Source: Bacteroidota bacterium
GTDB taxonomy: Bacteria > Bacteroidota > Bacteroidia > Bacteroidales > GCA-2748055
Assembly (NCBI GenBank): GCA_039714655.1
Contig: JBDLIX010000006.1
Location: 4,448-68,447 of the forward strand
Reading direction: 5' to 3'
DNA length: 64,000 bases
The notes under the pieces are model-generated. The model was not told the DNA's origin, did not search any database, and saw only the letters and a list, made by a program, of their open reading frames with translations. A program made the translations under genes and the position numbers. The stretch's first letter is position 1; each line of letters begins with the position of its first letter. Positions 10,724 through 21,595 of the stretch are shown piece by piece.

Positions 10724-12466
10724 TCAACGAAGTACCTTTCTCACAAATGCCACTGTAAAATAGGACATGAGGAAGAGTCCGAAAAATCCTTCTATGGAGG
10801 ATACCCAACGAATTAATCCGAAAGGGTAATGATCGCCGTACCCGATAGTAAGAAATGTGATTGCACTGTGATAAAATGACCTGGCCAATATGGTTAATTG
10901 GTCGTCCACCGAAGCAATAATATCTGCCGGGGAATAGATAATCAGCAGGTAGTATACGAAGCTGAAAACTACAAACCAGGTGAGCATGGTGATCAACACC
11001 CTTAAAGGGCTGGTTGCATAGAGACCTGCTTTATCAAACAAACCAAGTTTAAACCAGTAGAGAGGATGCTGATAAATCCCGTTTAAACGGCTTTTTTCCA
11101 GCGATTCCTCAAGTTCTGCTTTTGATTCATTCCGTTTGAATTCCACATAGGCCCTGTCCTCGTCATGGTACAATCCCAGGTTCTTAAAATTCTCCTTCAA
11201 TATCCTGAACTGCTCAGCTTTAACACGATGACTGCTCTCATGCTGGGAATAGATCATCTGCTTTAAAATGTTCTGTTTCCAATCAACATAGATCCTTCCA
11301 ATAAGCCTCATACCAGCAATAAAAAGGGTCTGGATGCTGGCTGAATATTCATAAGGATTCATATCGATGATGTCCCTGACAATGGTACTTGTAAGATCGA
11401 TGGAGTGACACTGTTTCACACGAAGGTCAACGAATCCATCGAGATGACAAAAACTCAATGATAGTGTATGGAACCATGACTTGTAAAAGCTGACCTTCCC
11501 CAATCCAAAACTGGTTCGCTCAAAGCTTACATCCACATGCTCGAACATCACCTCCTCAAAACTAAACAGCCCTGAGCCTAATAATGCCCGCTTGAAACTG
11601 AATTTACCAGCATCCATCTCACATTCATCGAAACTCACCTCACCATCGCCGAAAACTGACCGGTTAAAGTTTACCCTCCCGGTTCCAAACTCAACAGTTC
11701 GAAAATCCACCTTACCATCACCGAATTCAGTTCTTTCGAAGCTGACGTTACCATCTTTGAAGGAAGCAAAATGAAAGTCCACCTTGCCCGTTCCAAACCT
11801 GGCTACTTTGAAAGAGACATCTCCACTGCCAAAATCAGTATTGATGAAATTCACATTCCCTCCCGCAAAATCTGTATTGATAAAGAACAAATTTCCATTC
11901 CCGAAAGAGGCATACTGGAAATCTTTTACACCCTGACCGAAATAACAGTTCTTAAAGTTGACCTGTGCCAAATCGATGGAGACATTCTTGAAGTTAAAGT
12001 ATCCATCAGGAAACCGGGCATTGTGAAAAATGACCTTGCCGGTTTCGAAACGGGCCGACTCAAAGATGGTATCGCCTCTGCTGATCCAGGCACTATCCAG
12101 GCTGAATTCCTCTCCTTCGAAAACTGCATTGGAAAAATCCAGTGAAGCTTCTCCTGCAAACAAGGAGTTCCTCGCACTAAATTCTTTCAGCACAACTTTT
12201 TCACTGGGGCCCAAGTTCCTGGTGAGCCTGTAATCCCTGAGACTAAACTTGTCAATATAGCAGTGATCCAGATTCAACACTTCTCCCCTGTCAATGGCGT
12301 TGTAAATCTCTTTCTCCTCCATGTATCCCATCAGCTCCACAACCGGCTTGACCTTACCGTCTACCTGAAAATGGATCAGTGCGGTGCCTGGAAACCTTGT
12401 TCCATCATCCGTTTCAAATTTCAATTTTTTGATTTCCGCCTTGAAGAGAGTATGACCGGGTACCAT
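10724..12466 (-). CDS. Potassium channel (2TM pore) fused to an N-terminal pentapeptide-like repeat solenoid
   Basis: C-terminal TM-pore-TM with filter TFLTIGYGD; 12-residue Phe/Gly periodic repeat over aa ~116-332. Confidence 0.8.
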   Translation of the reverse strand: MVPGHTLFKAEIKKLKFETDDGTRFPGTALIHFQVDGKVKPVVELMGYMEEKEIYNAIDRGEVLNLDHCYIDKFSLRDYRLTRNLGPSEKVVLKEFSARNSLFAGEASLDFSNAVFEGEEFSLDSAWISRGDTIFESARFETGKVIFHNARFPDGYFNFKNVSIDLAQVNFKNCYFGQGVKDFQYASFGNGNLFFINTDFAGGNVNFINTDFGSGDVSFKVARFGTGKVDFHFASFKDGNVSFERTEFGDGKVDFRTVEFGTGRVNFNRSVFGDGEVSFDECEMDAGKFSFKRALLGSGLFSFEEVMFEHVDVSFERTSFGLGKVSFYKSWFHTLSLSFCHLDGFVDLRVKQCHSIDLTSTIVRDIIDMNPYEYSASIQTLFIAGMRLIGRIYVDWKQNILKQMIYSQHESSHRVKAEQFRILKENFKNLGLYHDEDRAYVEFKRNESKAELEESLEKSRLNGIYQHPLYWFKLGLFDKAGLYATSPLRVLITMLTWFVVFSFVYYLLIIYSPADIIASVDDQLTILARSFYHSAITFLTIGYGDHYPFGLIRWVSSIEGFFGLFLMSYFTVAFVRKVLR

Positions 12467-12512
12467 TCACTTATATTTTGTCAGTTTAGAGGTGTCCTAA
12501 ATATAATAAAAC

Positions 12513-15383
12513 CTACTCAATGCCGGTCCGGTTACAGATTGCTGCGAAATCGCAGTATCTGCACTTCAAATCATTTTCTGTCTGAACAAACGGCGTGGCA
12601 GGATCGAACATTGAAACCAGTACCTCCTTTAGCAACAGGATGTATGCTTCTTCAAAATCTGCAAACGATTCAATTTTTGTACGCTGACTATGGCTCCCCA
12701 TGGTAAGGGCAGGATCAAAATCCTCCCCGTACAATGCTTTCATCACATAAAGTCCGGGCACAATCTCTTCTCCTGTATGCTCAGCTGCTACCAGCCATGC
12801 ATAGAAAAGGGTTTGCAATGCTGCTCCGTTCCTGCTCCTCAGTGAAGAATCGAACAACGACTCCAGTGTTGAGAAGCCCATCCTTGCATCACCCGTCTTA
12901 TAATCGATCACCCGAAGTGCATTCCCAATTCGGTCAATTCGATCAATTTTACCACCCATCCGGATCTCAACAGGACGCTCTCCTACCAGTATCCTCAAGT
13001 TTCTTTGATACGTATCCTCAACCGAAACCAGGGTAAAGGGAGCTACTTTGCAATCGGTCTGAATGATTTTTTTCAGGTACTTAAGCATCACACGGAATAC
13101 AATGATGTTCCTGCCTTCTATGGAGGCTCTCTTTCGCCCCTTAAAATGGGTGTCAATAAAAACCTTCTTCAATACATTTTCCGGACGCTCCGAAGTGGAA
13201 ATCTTCTCCAGTGCCTCCAGGGTAATGATACCCTGACTCCGATCTGCTATCTCACTGTAAAGAAGCCTGATGGACTCGTGAACCACTGTCCCGAAACCAG
13301 CAGCATCGATCTCCTCCTGTACCTCATCCGGTTCACCGATACCTGCCAGGTATCGAAGGTAAAACTTAAGGGAACAATCGATGTATGTGTTGATGGCCGA
13401 AGGGGAGAGGTATTTCTCACCTTCCCTTTTCAGGGTGTATCTTTCCAGTTTATGATCAATCTCCGGAGAGTGTGGAACAACCAGGGAGGGTGTCTCCATT
13501 GCCATTACCTCCATTCCTGGTCTGGTAACCGTGATCCCGCGGTTGTAAATCACCTGATAAAGGTACCGGCTCATTTCACCGGTTCGTACTCCCTCCGATC
13601 CGCTGTTATAGAGTAGATCAATCTTATCAGCCCGTTGAAGTAGGCGGTTGAAATAGTAAGCATAGATTGCATCCATATCTTCCCTGGCAGGCATTCTGAA
13701 TGCAATACGCAAAGCGTAGGGTATATATGACTGTCCGGTATGTGAAGCAGGCATCACCTCCTCGTTCATAGAGAGCAAAATCACATGTTTAAAATCCAGC
13801 AACCTGGTTTCAAGAATCCCCATTACCTGGAGCCCTGAAAGGGGTTCACCTTCGAAAGGTACACGAAGTGCCGACAACATTTTACGGAAAAGGCGTTCCA
13901 GGATCGCAGTGGTCATGGTGGGCCTGGCAGCCAGGATGGTTTCAAGCTTATTGAGATGTATCAACAACTGAAAAATAAATTCACGGTCCAACTCCTGGTG
14001 CATCTTATCCGTACGATCTGACAGGTTTTCCAAAATCTGCAGAAAAATCTCTCTGAGATAATCCAGCAGATCCCTGGCTCCTTCCACCTTACGAAAGATC
14101 TTCTGTTCCAGTGCTCCTTTAAAAAGCCGACCTTCCACCATGATGAGATTGCTCCTTGACATCTCTTCAATGAGGGAGTCTCCAGATCTGCCAACAAGAT
14201 TTCTCATGTAGGGATGCAAAAGAATGGAGGTAACATCCTTATGATAGAATTGCACAAACCCTTCCTGGTTCTGACGCATATTATGCTGCAGCCGAAGGAG
14301 CGCATCGATAAAACCATACACCGGGGTGTTTTTCATGGGATATCCCATGGTAACATTGATATCCTCCACCGTCCCGGGGAGCGACATAATCACTGGCATC
14401 AGAAGCTCCTCATCGCATAGAACAAGTGCTGTCTGTGTGCAATCCCTCACCTTATCGGGATCTTCCTTTTCCAGAATCTTGTGCACTGTTTTGGCCTGCA
14501 GGACATCCGTGGGAAGCTCAAAGATCCTGATATCCTTATCATTATCCAGTCCTCTGAACTCTTCAATCTTCGCATGCTGCGGGAACTGTACCAGGTTCTC
14601 TCTCAAAAATCTTCCGGCCTCACTTCTATGATCATCCGTATAGCGATGATCGTAGTCCCAATAAAATTCTGCCCCTCGTTTTTTTAGCCATGAGAAGATT
14701 CGTTTTTCACATCCATTAAGTGCATTGAATCCTGCAATGATGGTTCGATACTCCGGGGGGTCGTCCATGATTCCCTTCCCTATTCGCTCTGCAATCTCCC
14801 TGTATTGCATGCCCTGGTATCCTTCACCTCTGGATTCAAGTTCCTCTCTGAGCCGTTGATAGAGCAATGGCAAACGCTTCCAGATCTCAAGAAATTGATC
14901 TTTTTCCGGAGTTCTGTCTCCCTCATGAAAACCTTCCCAGAACTGACGGATGAATTTGATCTGTTCGGTTTCAAGACCGGACAGAGGCTCCTCCAACTCT
15001 TTCAGATCGATGATATTACTGAAAAGCATGGGAGCATCCACCAGGTATTTGTCCAACTCATCAAAATCTCTAAGCATGATCTCGCCCCAGTGGTAAAATT
15101 CATCAAAAGGCTCCGGAACTTCCACACTCTCCTGGTAGATATCATACAGGGTAAACAAAAGCTCAATGGAATCGCATATTTGGAGCTGACTGATCTCATT
15201 AATAAAGTCATTGATGGCAAAGATCTGAGGTGACCAATGCACCTGTTTAGTGTGCCTGGCCAGGTGTTGCTGCAAGAAGAGACCTGCCCGCCGGTTGGGT
15301 AGGATGATGCGGGTATCACCCAGGTTAGATCCGGCGGTGCGGATCAGATGCGAAGCCAATGATTCAAGAATAGGTTGCATCAC
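12513..15383 (-). CDS. AddB-like PD-(D/E)XK nuclease subunit
   Basis: LPNRRAGLF N-terminus, LSPSAINTYIDC, GKIDRID...VIDYKTG and C-terminal CRYCDFAAIC (Fe-S staple cysteines). Confidence 0.85.
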   Translation of the reverse strand: MMQPILESLASHLIRTAGSNLGDTRIILPNRRAGLFLQQHLARHTKQVHWSPQIFAINDFINEISQLQICDSIELLFTLYDIYQESVEVPEPFDEFYHWGEIMLRDFDELDKYLVDAPMLFSNIIDLKELEEPLSGLETEQIKFIRQFWEGFHEGDRTPEKDQFLEIWKRLPLLYQRLREELESRGEGYQGMQYREIAERIGKGIMDDPPEYRTIIAGFNALNGCEKRIFSWLKKRGAEFYWDYDHRYTDDHRSEAGRFLRENLVQFPQHAKIEEFRGLDNDKDIRIFELPTDVLQAKTVHKILEKEDPDKVRDCTQTALVLCDEELLMPVIMSLPGTVEDINVTMGYPMKNTPVYGFIDALLRLQHNMRQNQEGFVQFYHKDVTSILLHPYMRNLVGRSGDSLIEEMSRSNLIMVEGRLFKGALEQKIFRKVEGARDLLDYLREIFLQILENLSDRTDKMHQELDREFIFQLLIHLNKLETILAARPTMTTAILERLFRKMLSALRVPFEGEPLSGLQVMGILETRLLDFKHVILLSMNEEVMPASHTGQSYIPYALRIAFRMPAREDMDAIYAYYFNRLLQRADKIDLLYNSGSEGVRTGEMSRYLYQVIYNRGITVTRPGMEVMAMETPSLVVPHSPEIDHKLERYTLKREGEKYLSPSAINTYIDCSLKFYLRYLAGIGEPDEVQEEIDAAGFGTVVHESIRLLYSEIADRSQGIITLEALEKISTSERPENVLKKVFIDTHFKGRKRASIEGRNIIVFRVMLKYLKKIIQTDCKVAPFTLVSVEDTYQRNLRILVGERPVEIRMGGKIDRIDRIGNALRVIDYKTGDARMGFSTLESLFDSSLRSRNGAALQTLFYAWLVAAEHTGEEIVPGLYVMKALYGEDFDPALTMGSHSQRTKIESFADFEEAYILLLKEVLVSMFDPATPFVQTENDLKCRYCDFAAICNRTGIE

Positions 15384-16327
15384 TCGATGGATTTATAGTA
15401 TTTTCCCTGCCATGTATCATGCTGTTCCAGGAGCTCCTCGAAGGTGCGCAATACCACATCGTACCGGACTCCCCATCCTTCCCGGAGACTCATACCGGGA
15501 CTCACTTCTCCTGCAATACGTTCAACCACAAAAGCAGGATTCAGGCGTTCAAGGATCTCCCGCATCAGTTGCAAATACTCCTCCATGGTAAGGTCCACAA
15601 AATCTTCAGGTCGATTCTGAAACTCCGCTTCCATAGCCGTTCCCCGGATCACCTGTAACTGATGGAATTTTATGTTATTCAGAGGCCATTGGGAAAGTTG
15701 GATGGCCGATTCCAGGAAATCCTCTTCTGTTTCACCCGGCAATCCAATGATCATATGTCCACCCACACGTATACCCCGCTTTGCGGTTTCACGAATGGCC
15801 CAGATGCTCTTCTCCACATCATGTCCACGGTTTACTCTTTGCAGGGTTTTGTTCGAAAGGGATTCAATGCCATACTCCACCACCACATAGCTTCTTTCGG
15901 AGAGCTCACGGAAATAATCCAACTTCTCTTCATCAACGCAATCGGGACGGGTACCGATCACAATGCCTATGATCCCGGGGATCTCCAGAGCCTGATCATA
16001 CCTTGACTTCAGTGATGAAAGATCAGCATATGTATTGGTATAAGCCTGGAAATATGCCAGGTATTGAGAAGCTTTACGATATCTGGTCCGGTGAAATTCC
16101 ATACCCTGCCTGATCTGTTCTGCGATGGATTTACCCGGATCATTGTAGGAGGGATTAAAAGCTTTGTTGTCGCAAAATGTACAACCACCCCTGCCACGGG
16201 TCCCGTCCCTGTTTGGACAAGTAAAGCCCGCATCGATGGTAATTTTTTGGACACGCTCTCCAAACCGTTTCTTGAAATAGTCGCTATAAGCGTTAAGCCT
16301 TCTCCCGGTTCCCCATGGATAAATCAT
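15380..16327 (-). CDS. TIGR01212 family radical SAM protein (YhcC/YtqA-like)
   Basis: DAGFTCPNRDGTRGRGGCTFC, AYFQAYTNTYA, IGTRPDC and IKFHQL motifs. Confidence 0.9.
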   Translation of the reverse strand: MIYPWGTGRRLNAYSDYFKKRFGERVQKITIDAGFTCPNRDGTRGRGGCTFCDNKAFNPSYNDPGKSIAEQIRQGMEFHRTRYRKASQYLAYFQAYTNTYADLSSLKSRYDQALEIPGIIGIVIGTRPDCVDEEKLDYFRELSERSYVVVEYGIESLSNKTLQRVNRGHDVEKSIWAIRETAKRGIRVGGHMIIGLPGETEEDFLESAIQLSQWPLNNIKFHQLQVIRGTAMEAEFQNRPEDFVDLTMEEYLQLMREILERLNPAFVVERIAGEVSPGMSLREGWGVRYDVVLRTFEELLEQHDTWQGKYYKSIE

Positions 16328-19300
16328 ACGTTCTCTATCTGAATTGTTTTACCCAACCTTACGTACCACACAAAACCCTCCACCTTCCTGTATCCTGCCT
16401 TGCCCAGTTGCTGCATATAATTCCTCACCTGTTCCCTGTATTGATCCTTCACCAACCCGCCGAATTTGAAATCCACCACCGTCACCAGCTCCCCTTCTAC
16501 AATTACCCGGTCGGGTCTAAGCATCTTCCCGTCCCCACATAGTAAACTCCTTTCATTGTAAATGGAACGATCTGCTCTTTCTGAAAACCAGCGTTCTACC
16601 CCTGGTTGTGTAATCATCTCCAGAATCTCCTCCTGCAAGGCGATCCGATCCTTGTGGGGAAGCAATCCCTCTTTCTGCATTCTATTCAGCAGTGGATTCA
16701 CATCACTCACCGATGAGATCCTCGAAAACACCTTGTGCATCACATTGCCATACATTTGTCCCGTTCTGAATGTTCCATCCTCGTCAACAAAATACTCATC
16801 ACTACGCATGCGGACTTTCAGTGTCCGGGTCCTCTGGTTCACGGGATAGGCACTGAATTGCCAGGGATCTTCTTCCACCGGTCTCTTCTTGTGCTGAGAC
16901 AAACTTCCCAGGGATATTATTTGTTCCGATCGATAGGTTTCCAGTGAATCCAATGCCATATCACAATCAGGTTTCTTGTCAATGATGGCCCGTAACAGAT
17001 CGCCCGCCGAGCGAAGGGTATCTGTAGCTGTATCGGGAATTCCGATAAACATGGCTTCCTTAGCCCTTGTAAAGGCAACATACATCAGATTGAGGTTATC
17101 CATGTACCCTTTCATCCGTTCCTGTTGGTAAGCCCTGGAAAAATGTGTGTGTTGCATCTTGTTGCTGAACCTGACCGGGACCGTAGGGAGTCTGTTAAAA
17201 GGGGTACCGGCTGTGTCACACCACAGGATATTTGACTTTTTCTGATCGGTGGTAATCTCCCAATTACAGAATGGCACTACCACAGCTTTAAACTCAAGTC
17301 CCTTTGCTTTGTGAATGGTAAGGATCCTGATGGCATTGGACTCCTCCGACAGAGAGATACCCTTCTTTGATCCATGCTGTTCCCAGAAATGAAGGAATTC
17401 CGCAATACCCTGAGGTTCCTTGCGATGAATATCGATGACCAGCTCCTGGAGTGCCTGCAGGTACGGGAGGTCCTGTGGCCGTTGATCCAGCCTGAACAGC
17501 TTAATGAGGGATTCAACCAGCTCGTAAAGCGGTAACTTCCTGACTATATGAATGCTGTCAAGAAACTCCTCTGGCAGAAGCTGTTCCATAGCTATGGAGG
17601 TATCAAACAGAGCGTCTGGCTCCCTTCCGGGGATCACCTCTGCAATGTTGAGGAGGTATTTGAACAGAGCATTGTTCAATGCATCGTGGGGGTAAACCAG
17701 GTACCGCAGGGCAGACAAGAGCAGGGAGACTGAACTATTGTGAGCCAATAAAAGGGATTCGTTGGAAATAAGCCGGTACTTATGGGTTTCACCTGTACTC
17801 CTGGCATGTTCCAGAAGTCTGTTTGCCACTGCAACACCCTCCCTTCTGCTTCGCACCAGGATGGCAATCTCTCCCGGATCGATTCCTGACAGCTGTATCT
17901 CATGGATCCACTCGGGTAACCGGGAGAGCACCTGCTCCATAAACGGCCTCTCTTCCTCTTCTTCAAACAATTCAACCTTCACCATGCCGCCCGATCCCAT
18001 AAGCTTATCAGGGATCTGTTGTATTGCATCTGCATAAGCCTTTCGAAAACGAAGTATCTCTTTTTCCACCTCTTCCCTGATCACTGCCGAACTGTAAAGC
18101 TCGTTTTCGATGGTCTGAGCCAACAATTGGGGAACCAACTTAAACACCGTATTGTTGAATCGAACGATCTGTTCGCTGCTTCGAAAGTTTTTAACCAGGG
18201 TGTGCATATGAAACTCCTGGTGGCTAAAATCAGTTTCCAGATCAGAGGCCAGGATCTTCCAGTCGGAATTTCTCCATCTGTAAATGGATTGCTTCACATC
18301 GCCTACCACCAGGTTGTTGTGCCCCAATGCCAGCGCATTGTCAAGCAATGGTTTGAAATTGTCATATTGAAAGAGTGATGTATCCTGGAATTCATCCAGC
18401 ATAATATGAGTGTAGCGGTTCCCGGTCCTTTCATAAATGAACGGCACCTGGTTCCCTCCAATGATTCCACGAAGGAATCGGCTGGAATCGGCGATCAGAA
18501 AAAGATTACGTTCCCGGGTATAGGATTTCACCCGCTCCCAAATATCACCCAGAATTCCAAGTGTATAGAAGTTTTGTCTGATGGAAACAATGGTATTCAA
18601 AACCTTTTGTTTGATGTATAATTGATTTAACAAGGGCATAAGCACCTGTTCCGTGAGCCTTGTCATTTCAACTGTTGCACTCTTATTAAGCCATTTTGCA
18701 GGTTGCTCCAGTGAATCCAGTTTTGCCTGGGTAAATTTCAGACTCCTGCCTGCTACTGCCTCCTGGAACAGAGAAGGTGGCGAATTACCCTTCAACCTGA
18801 AATCACCGATTTCTAATCCTGATTGCTTCAAATGATCCAATGCACTGTTACCGATCCCTGCCATCTGTTGCAGGGTATCCTCCTCTACCCTTTTAAGATC
18901 ATCCAGGTAGTGTTCCAGGTTCTCTTTGTCAAGAACGGAGAGATCCTGCTTAAAGAACAAACCCTGGAAAGATTCTCTGAAGAGTTGCATTCCCAGCTGA
19001 ACCATATCATTTCTGAAATTCCAGGATCGGGACTCCTCCATCCGCTCCTCTGCAAAACGGATCAACCACCGCTGCAACTCCTTATGATCAGATATATCAT
19101 GGAACAGCCGGTCCACCGCCAGAGAGAGAACCCGATTGTGGTCAAGTTCCAGATTATACCCTGGCTGGATCCCAATCTCGCGGGTAAATGCCCGGATCAC
19201 CGATTGAAAAAACTTATCAATGGTACCTACAGAAAATCCCGAGTAGTCATTCAGTATGGTTTTTAGCAATTCACCGGCCTTCCGGCTGATGACACTTTCA

Positions 19301-19548
19301 TCCATTCCCGTGTCACGCATCAACTGGACCATCTCCTCCATTGGAGCCGACCCATCATACCTGGAAAGTTCATACAACCGGCCCAGAATCCGTTGTTTCA
19401 TCTCTCCGGCCGCTTTGTTGGTGAAGGTGACTGCCAGTATATGCCGGTGGATCCCGGGATTTCTGAAGAGCAGTTTCAGGTACTCCAGGGTCAGGGCAAA
19501 AGTTTTTCCGGATCCGGCAGAAGCTTTGTATACATTCAGGGGGGACAT
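16324..19548 (-). CDS. AddA-like UvrD-family helicase/nuclease
   Basis: ASAGSGKT, AVTFTNKAA, LDEFQDTS, VGDVKQSIYRWR, TIHKAKGLEF, YVAFTRA and C-terminal RPDRV...VDFKFG. Confidence 0.9.
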   Translation of the reverse strand: MSPLNVYKASAGSGKTFALTLEYLKLLFRNPGIHRHILAVTFTNKAAGEMKQRILGRLYELSRYDGSAPMEEMVQLMRDTGMDESVISRKAGELLKTILNDYSGFSVGTIDKFFQSVIRAFTREIGIQPGYNLELDHNRVLSLAVDRLFHDISDHKELQRWLIRFAEERMEESRSWNFRNDMVQLGMQLFRESFQGLFFKQDLSVLDKENLEHYLDDLKRVEEDTLQQMAGIGNSALDHLKQSGLEIGDFRLKGNSPPSLFQEAVAGRSLKFTQAKLDSLEQPAKWLNKSATVEMTRLTEQVLMPLLNQLYIKQKVLNTIVSIRQNFYTLGILGDIWERVKSYTRERNLFLIADSSRFLRGIIGGNQVPFIYERTGNRYTHIMLDEFQDTSLFQYDNFKPLLDNALALGHNNLVVGDVKQSIYRWRNSDWKILASDLETDFSHQEFHMHTLVKNFRSSEQIVRFNNTVFKLVPQLLAQTIENELYSSAVIREEVEKEILRFRKAYADAIQQIPDKLMGSGGMVKVELFEEEEERPFMEQVLSRLPEWIHEIQLSGIDPGEIAILVRSRREGVAVANRLLEHARSTGETHKYRLISNESLLLAHNSSVSLLLSALRYLVYPHDALNNALFKYLLNIAEVIPGREPDALFDTSIAMEQLLPEEFLDSIHIVRKLPLYELVESLIKLFRLDQRPQDLPYLQALQELVIDIHRKEPQGIAEFLHFWEQHGSKKGISLSEESNAIRILTIHKAKGLEFKAVVVPFCNWEITTDQKKSNILWCDTAGTPFNRLPTVPVRFSNKMQHTHFSRAYQQERMKGYMDNLNLMYVAFTRAKEAMFIGIPDTATDTLRSAGDLLRAIIDKKPDCDMALDSLETYRSEQIISLGSLSQHKKRPVEEDPWQFSAYPVNQRTRTLKVRMRSDEYFVDEDGTFRTGQMYGNVMHKVFSRISSVSDVNPLLNRMQKEGLLPHKDRIALQEEILEMITQPGVERWFSERADRSIYNERSLLCGDGKMLRPDRVIVEGELVTVVDFKFGGLVKDQYREQVRNYMQQLGKAGYRKVEGFVWYVRLGKTIQIENV

Positions 19549-19667
19549 TACGTAAATATAGGATTTTATACATCCATCACATCCCTCACTTTATCAATAA
19601 ATATGAACCTTCCGGCAAATTTCACCAGAACAGAAGAATTTTCTAATTTTGTTCCAAAATAAGAGTT

Positions 19668-20849
19668 TTGGCAAAGCGTGTAGTAGTTGGTTTATCGGGT
19701 GGTGTTGACTCCAGTGTAGCAGCGTTCCTGCTAAAAGAGCAGGGGTATGATGTGACTGCCCTGTTCATGATTAACTGGCATGACAAGACAGGGGTCATTG
19801 ATGCCGATTGTCCCTGGAATGAAGATGTGGTATTTGCCGAACTGGTTGCTAAAAAACTGGAGATCCCGTTCCATGTGGTGGATCTGAGTGAGCCCTACCG
19901 TGAGAGGGTCATCGATTATATGTTCTCAGAGTATCAGAAGGGCCGGACCCCCAATCCAGATGTACTCTGTAACCGGGAGATCAAATTTGATGCTTTTCTG
20001 AAGTCAGCAGAAGCCTACAATCCCGATTATGTGGCCACGGGCCACTACTGTAAAAAAACAACCGACAGTGTGGAGGGTAAGTTGGTCCACCACCTTCTGG
20101 CTGGTGATGATCCCAATAAAGAACAGAGCTATTTTCTCTGTCAGCTTTCCCAGGAACAATTGGCCCGAACCCTCTTCCCCATTGGTCACCTGCACAAACC
20201 CGAAGTGCGTGAAATTGCCAGGCAACAGGGACTGGCATCCGCCAATAAAAAGGATTCCCAGGGGATCTGTTTTGTGGGAAAGGTGCACCTGCCTGTTTTC
20301 CTTCAACAGAAGCTCAAATCCAGGGAAGGTAATATTTTTGAAATCCCGGCAGATCTGTCCCAATACAATGAAGAGAAGCAGGATCGGTCTGACCTGGAAT
20401 CTGTTTGCACTCCATGGAGTTATATAAAAGAAGAGGGAACCTGGGTAGGCAAGCACCAGGGCGCCCATTTCTTTACAGTGGGACAACGCAAAGGACTCCA
20501 GGTGGGCGGCAAGGAAGAGCCCCTTTTCGTAATTTCCACCGATGTGCAGGAGAACCGGGTATATGTTGGTCAGGGACAATCCCATCCTGGATTGTACAGG
20601 CGTGGATTGAAGATCATTCCGGAAGAGATTCACTGGATCAGGGAAGACCAGGTCATGAAACAAGGGGAAAGCCGGGATTACATGGTTCGGATCCGCTACC
20701 GCCAACCGCTGCAGGAAGCTAAATTACATCTGACCGACCAGGGGATGTTCATCATCTTTCGAAAACTTCAGCGGGGAATCGCTGCCGGACAGTTTGCTGC
20801 ATGGTACGAAAAAGACGAACTAATCGGATCGGGAGTGATCCATCGGTAA
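19668..20849 (+). CDS. mnmA: tRNA 2-thiouridine(34) synthase
   Basis: [31 protein letters not shown] and FTVGQRKG; TTG start; TAATTTTG at 19644-19651. Confidence 0.96.
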   Translation: MAKRVVVGLSGGVDSSVAAFLLKEQGYDVTALFMINWHDKTGVIDADCPWNEDVVFAELVAKKLEIPFHVVDLSEPYRERVIDYMFSEYQKGRTPNPDVLCNREIKFDAFLKSAEAYNPDYVATGHYCKKTTDSVEGKLVHHLLAGDDPNKEQSYFLCQLSQEQLARTLFPIGHLHKPEVREIARQQGLASANKKDSQGICFVGKVHLPVFLQQKLKSREGNIFEIPADLSQYNEEKQDRSDLESVCTPWSYIKEEGTWVGKHQGAHFFTVGQRKGLQVGGKEEPLFVISTDVQENRVYVGQGQSHPGLYRRGLKIIPEEIHWIREDQVMKQGESRDYMVRIRYRQPLQEAKLHLTDQGMFIIFRKLQRGIAAGQFAAWYEKDELIGSGVIHR

Positions 20850-20852
20850 TCG

Positions 20853-21572
20853 CTATCTTTTATGAAGTCCGCACTCCTTGTGGAGTTCATTTTCCCACCA
20901 CCAACGGCCGGAACGAATATCCTCTCCCGGTTCAATGGCGCGGGTGCAAGGCTCACACCCAATACTGGGGAATCCCCTGTCATGTAACAGATTATAGGGA
21001 ATTCCGTGATCTTTAATGTAGGACCAAACCTTCTTCTCGGACCAGTTGATCAATGGATTAATTTTCACCAGACCATTATTGGCATCCCACTCCACAAGGC
21101 TGTTGAAAAATCTGGACACTGACTGGTCTTTTCTCAAACCACAAATCCACGCTTCCATGCCTTCAAATGCCCTGGGTAGTTGTGCCACTTTTCTGATCCC
21201 GCAACACAGTTTACGATTCTCAACACTGTCGTAAAAGAGGTTGATTCCATAATTGGCCACCATCTCCTCTACCTTTGCAGGTTCGGGGAAGTAGGTTCTC
21301 ATCCTGATCTTAAAGTGTTTATTGGTCCGCGCAATAAGATCATATGTCTCAGGAAATAGCCGTCCCGTATCCAGCGTAAATACCCCCACCTCCTTATTCT
21401 GGCGCAGAACCATCTCTGTCAGCACCTGATCTTCCAGTCCCAGGCTGGTGGATAACACGATCTTCTCGCCGAAGTGGTGCAAAAAGAAACCGATCACCCC
21501 AATGGCACTCTTCTCCTTCAACTCCTCATTCCACTGCGCTATCTGCGCTTTCATCTCTTCAGTAGCTTCCAT
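20853..21572 (-). CDS. cysH: Thioredoxin-dependent (phospho)adenylylsulfate reductase, [4Fe-4S] APS-reductase type
   Basis: LDTGRLFPETY, CC pair (KLCCGIRK), SIGCEPCT and C-terminal KECGLH. Confidence 0.9.
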   Translation of the reverse strand: MEATEEMKAQIAQWNEELKEKSAIGVIGFFLHHFGEKIVLSTSLGLEDQVLTEMVLRQNKEVGVFTLDTGRLFPETYDLIARTNKHFKIRMRTYFPEPAKVEEMVANYGINLFYDSVENRKLCCGIRKVAQLPRAFEGMEAWICGLRKDQSVSRFFNSLVEWDANNGLVKINPLINWSEKKVWSYIKDHGIPYNLLHDRGFPSIGCEPCTRAIEPGEDIRSGRWWWENELHKECGLHKR

Positions 21573-21595
21573 ATTCTGTTACGCTGTTAGGCTGA

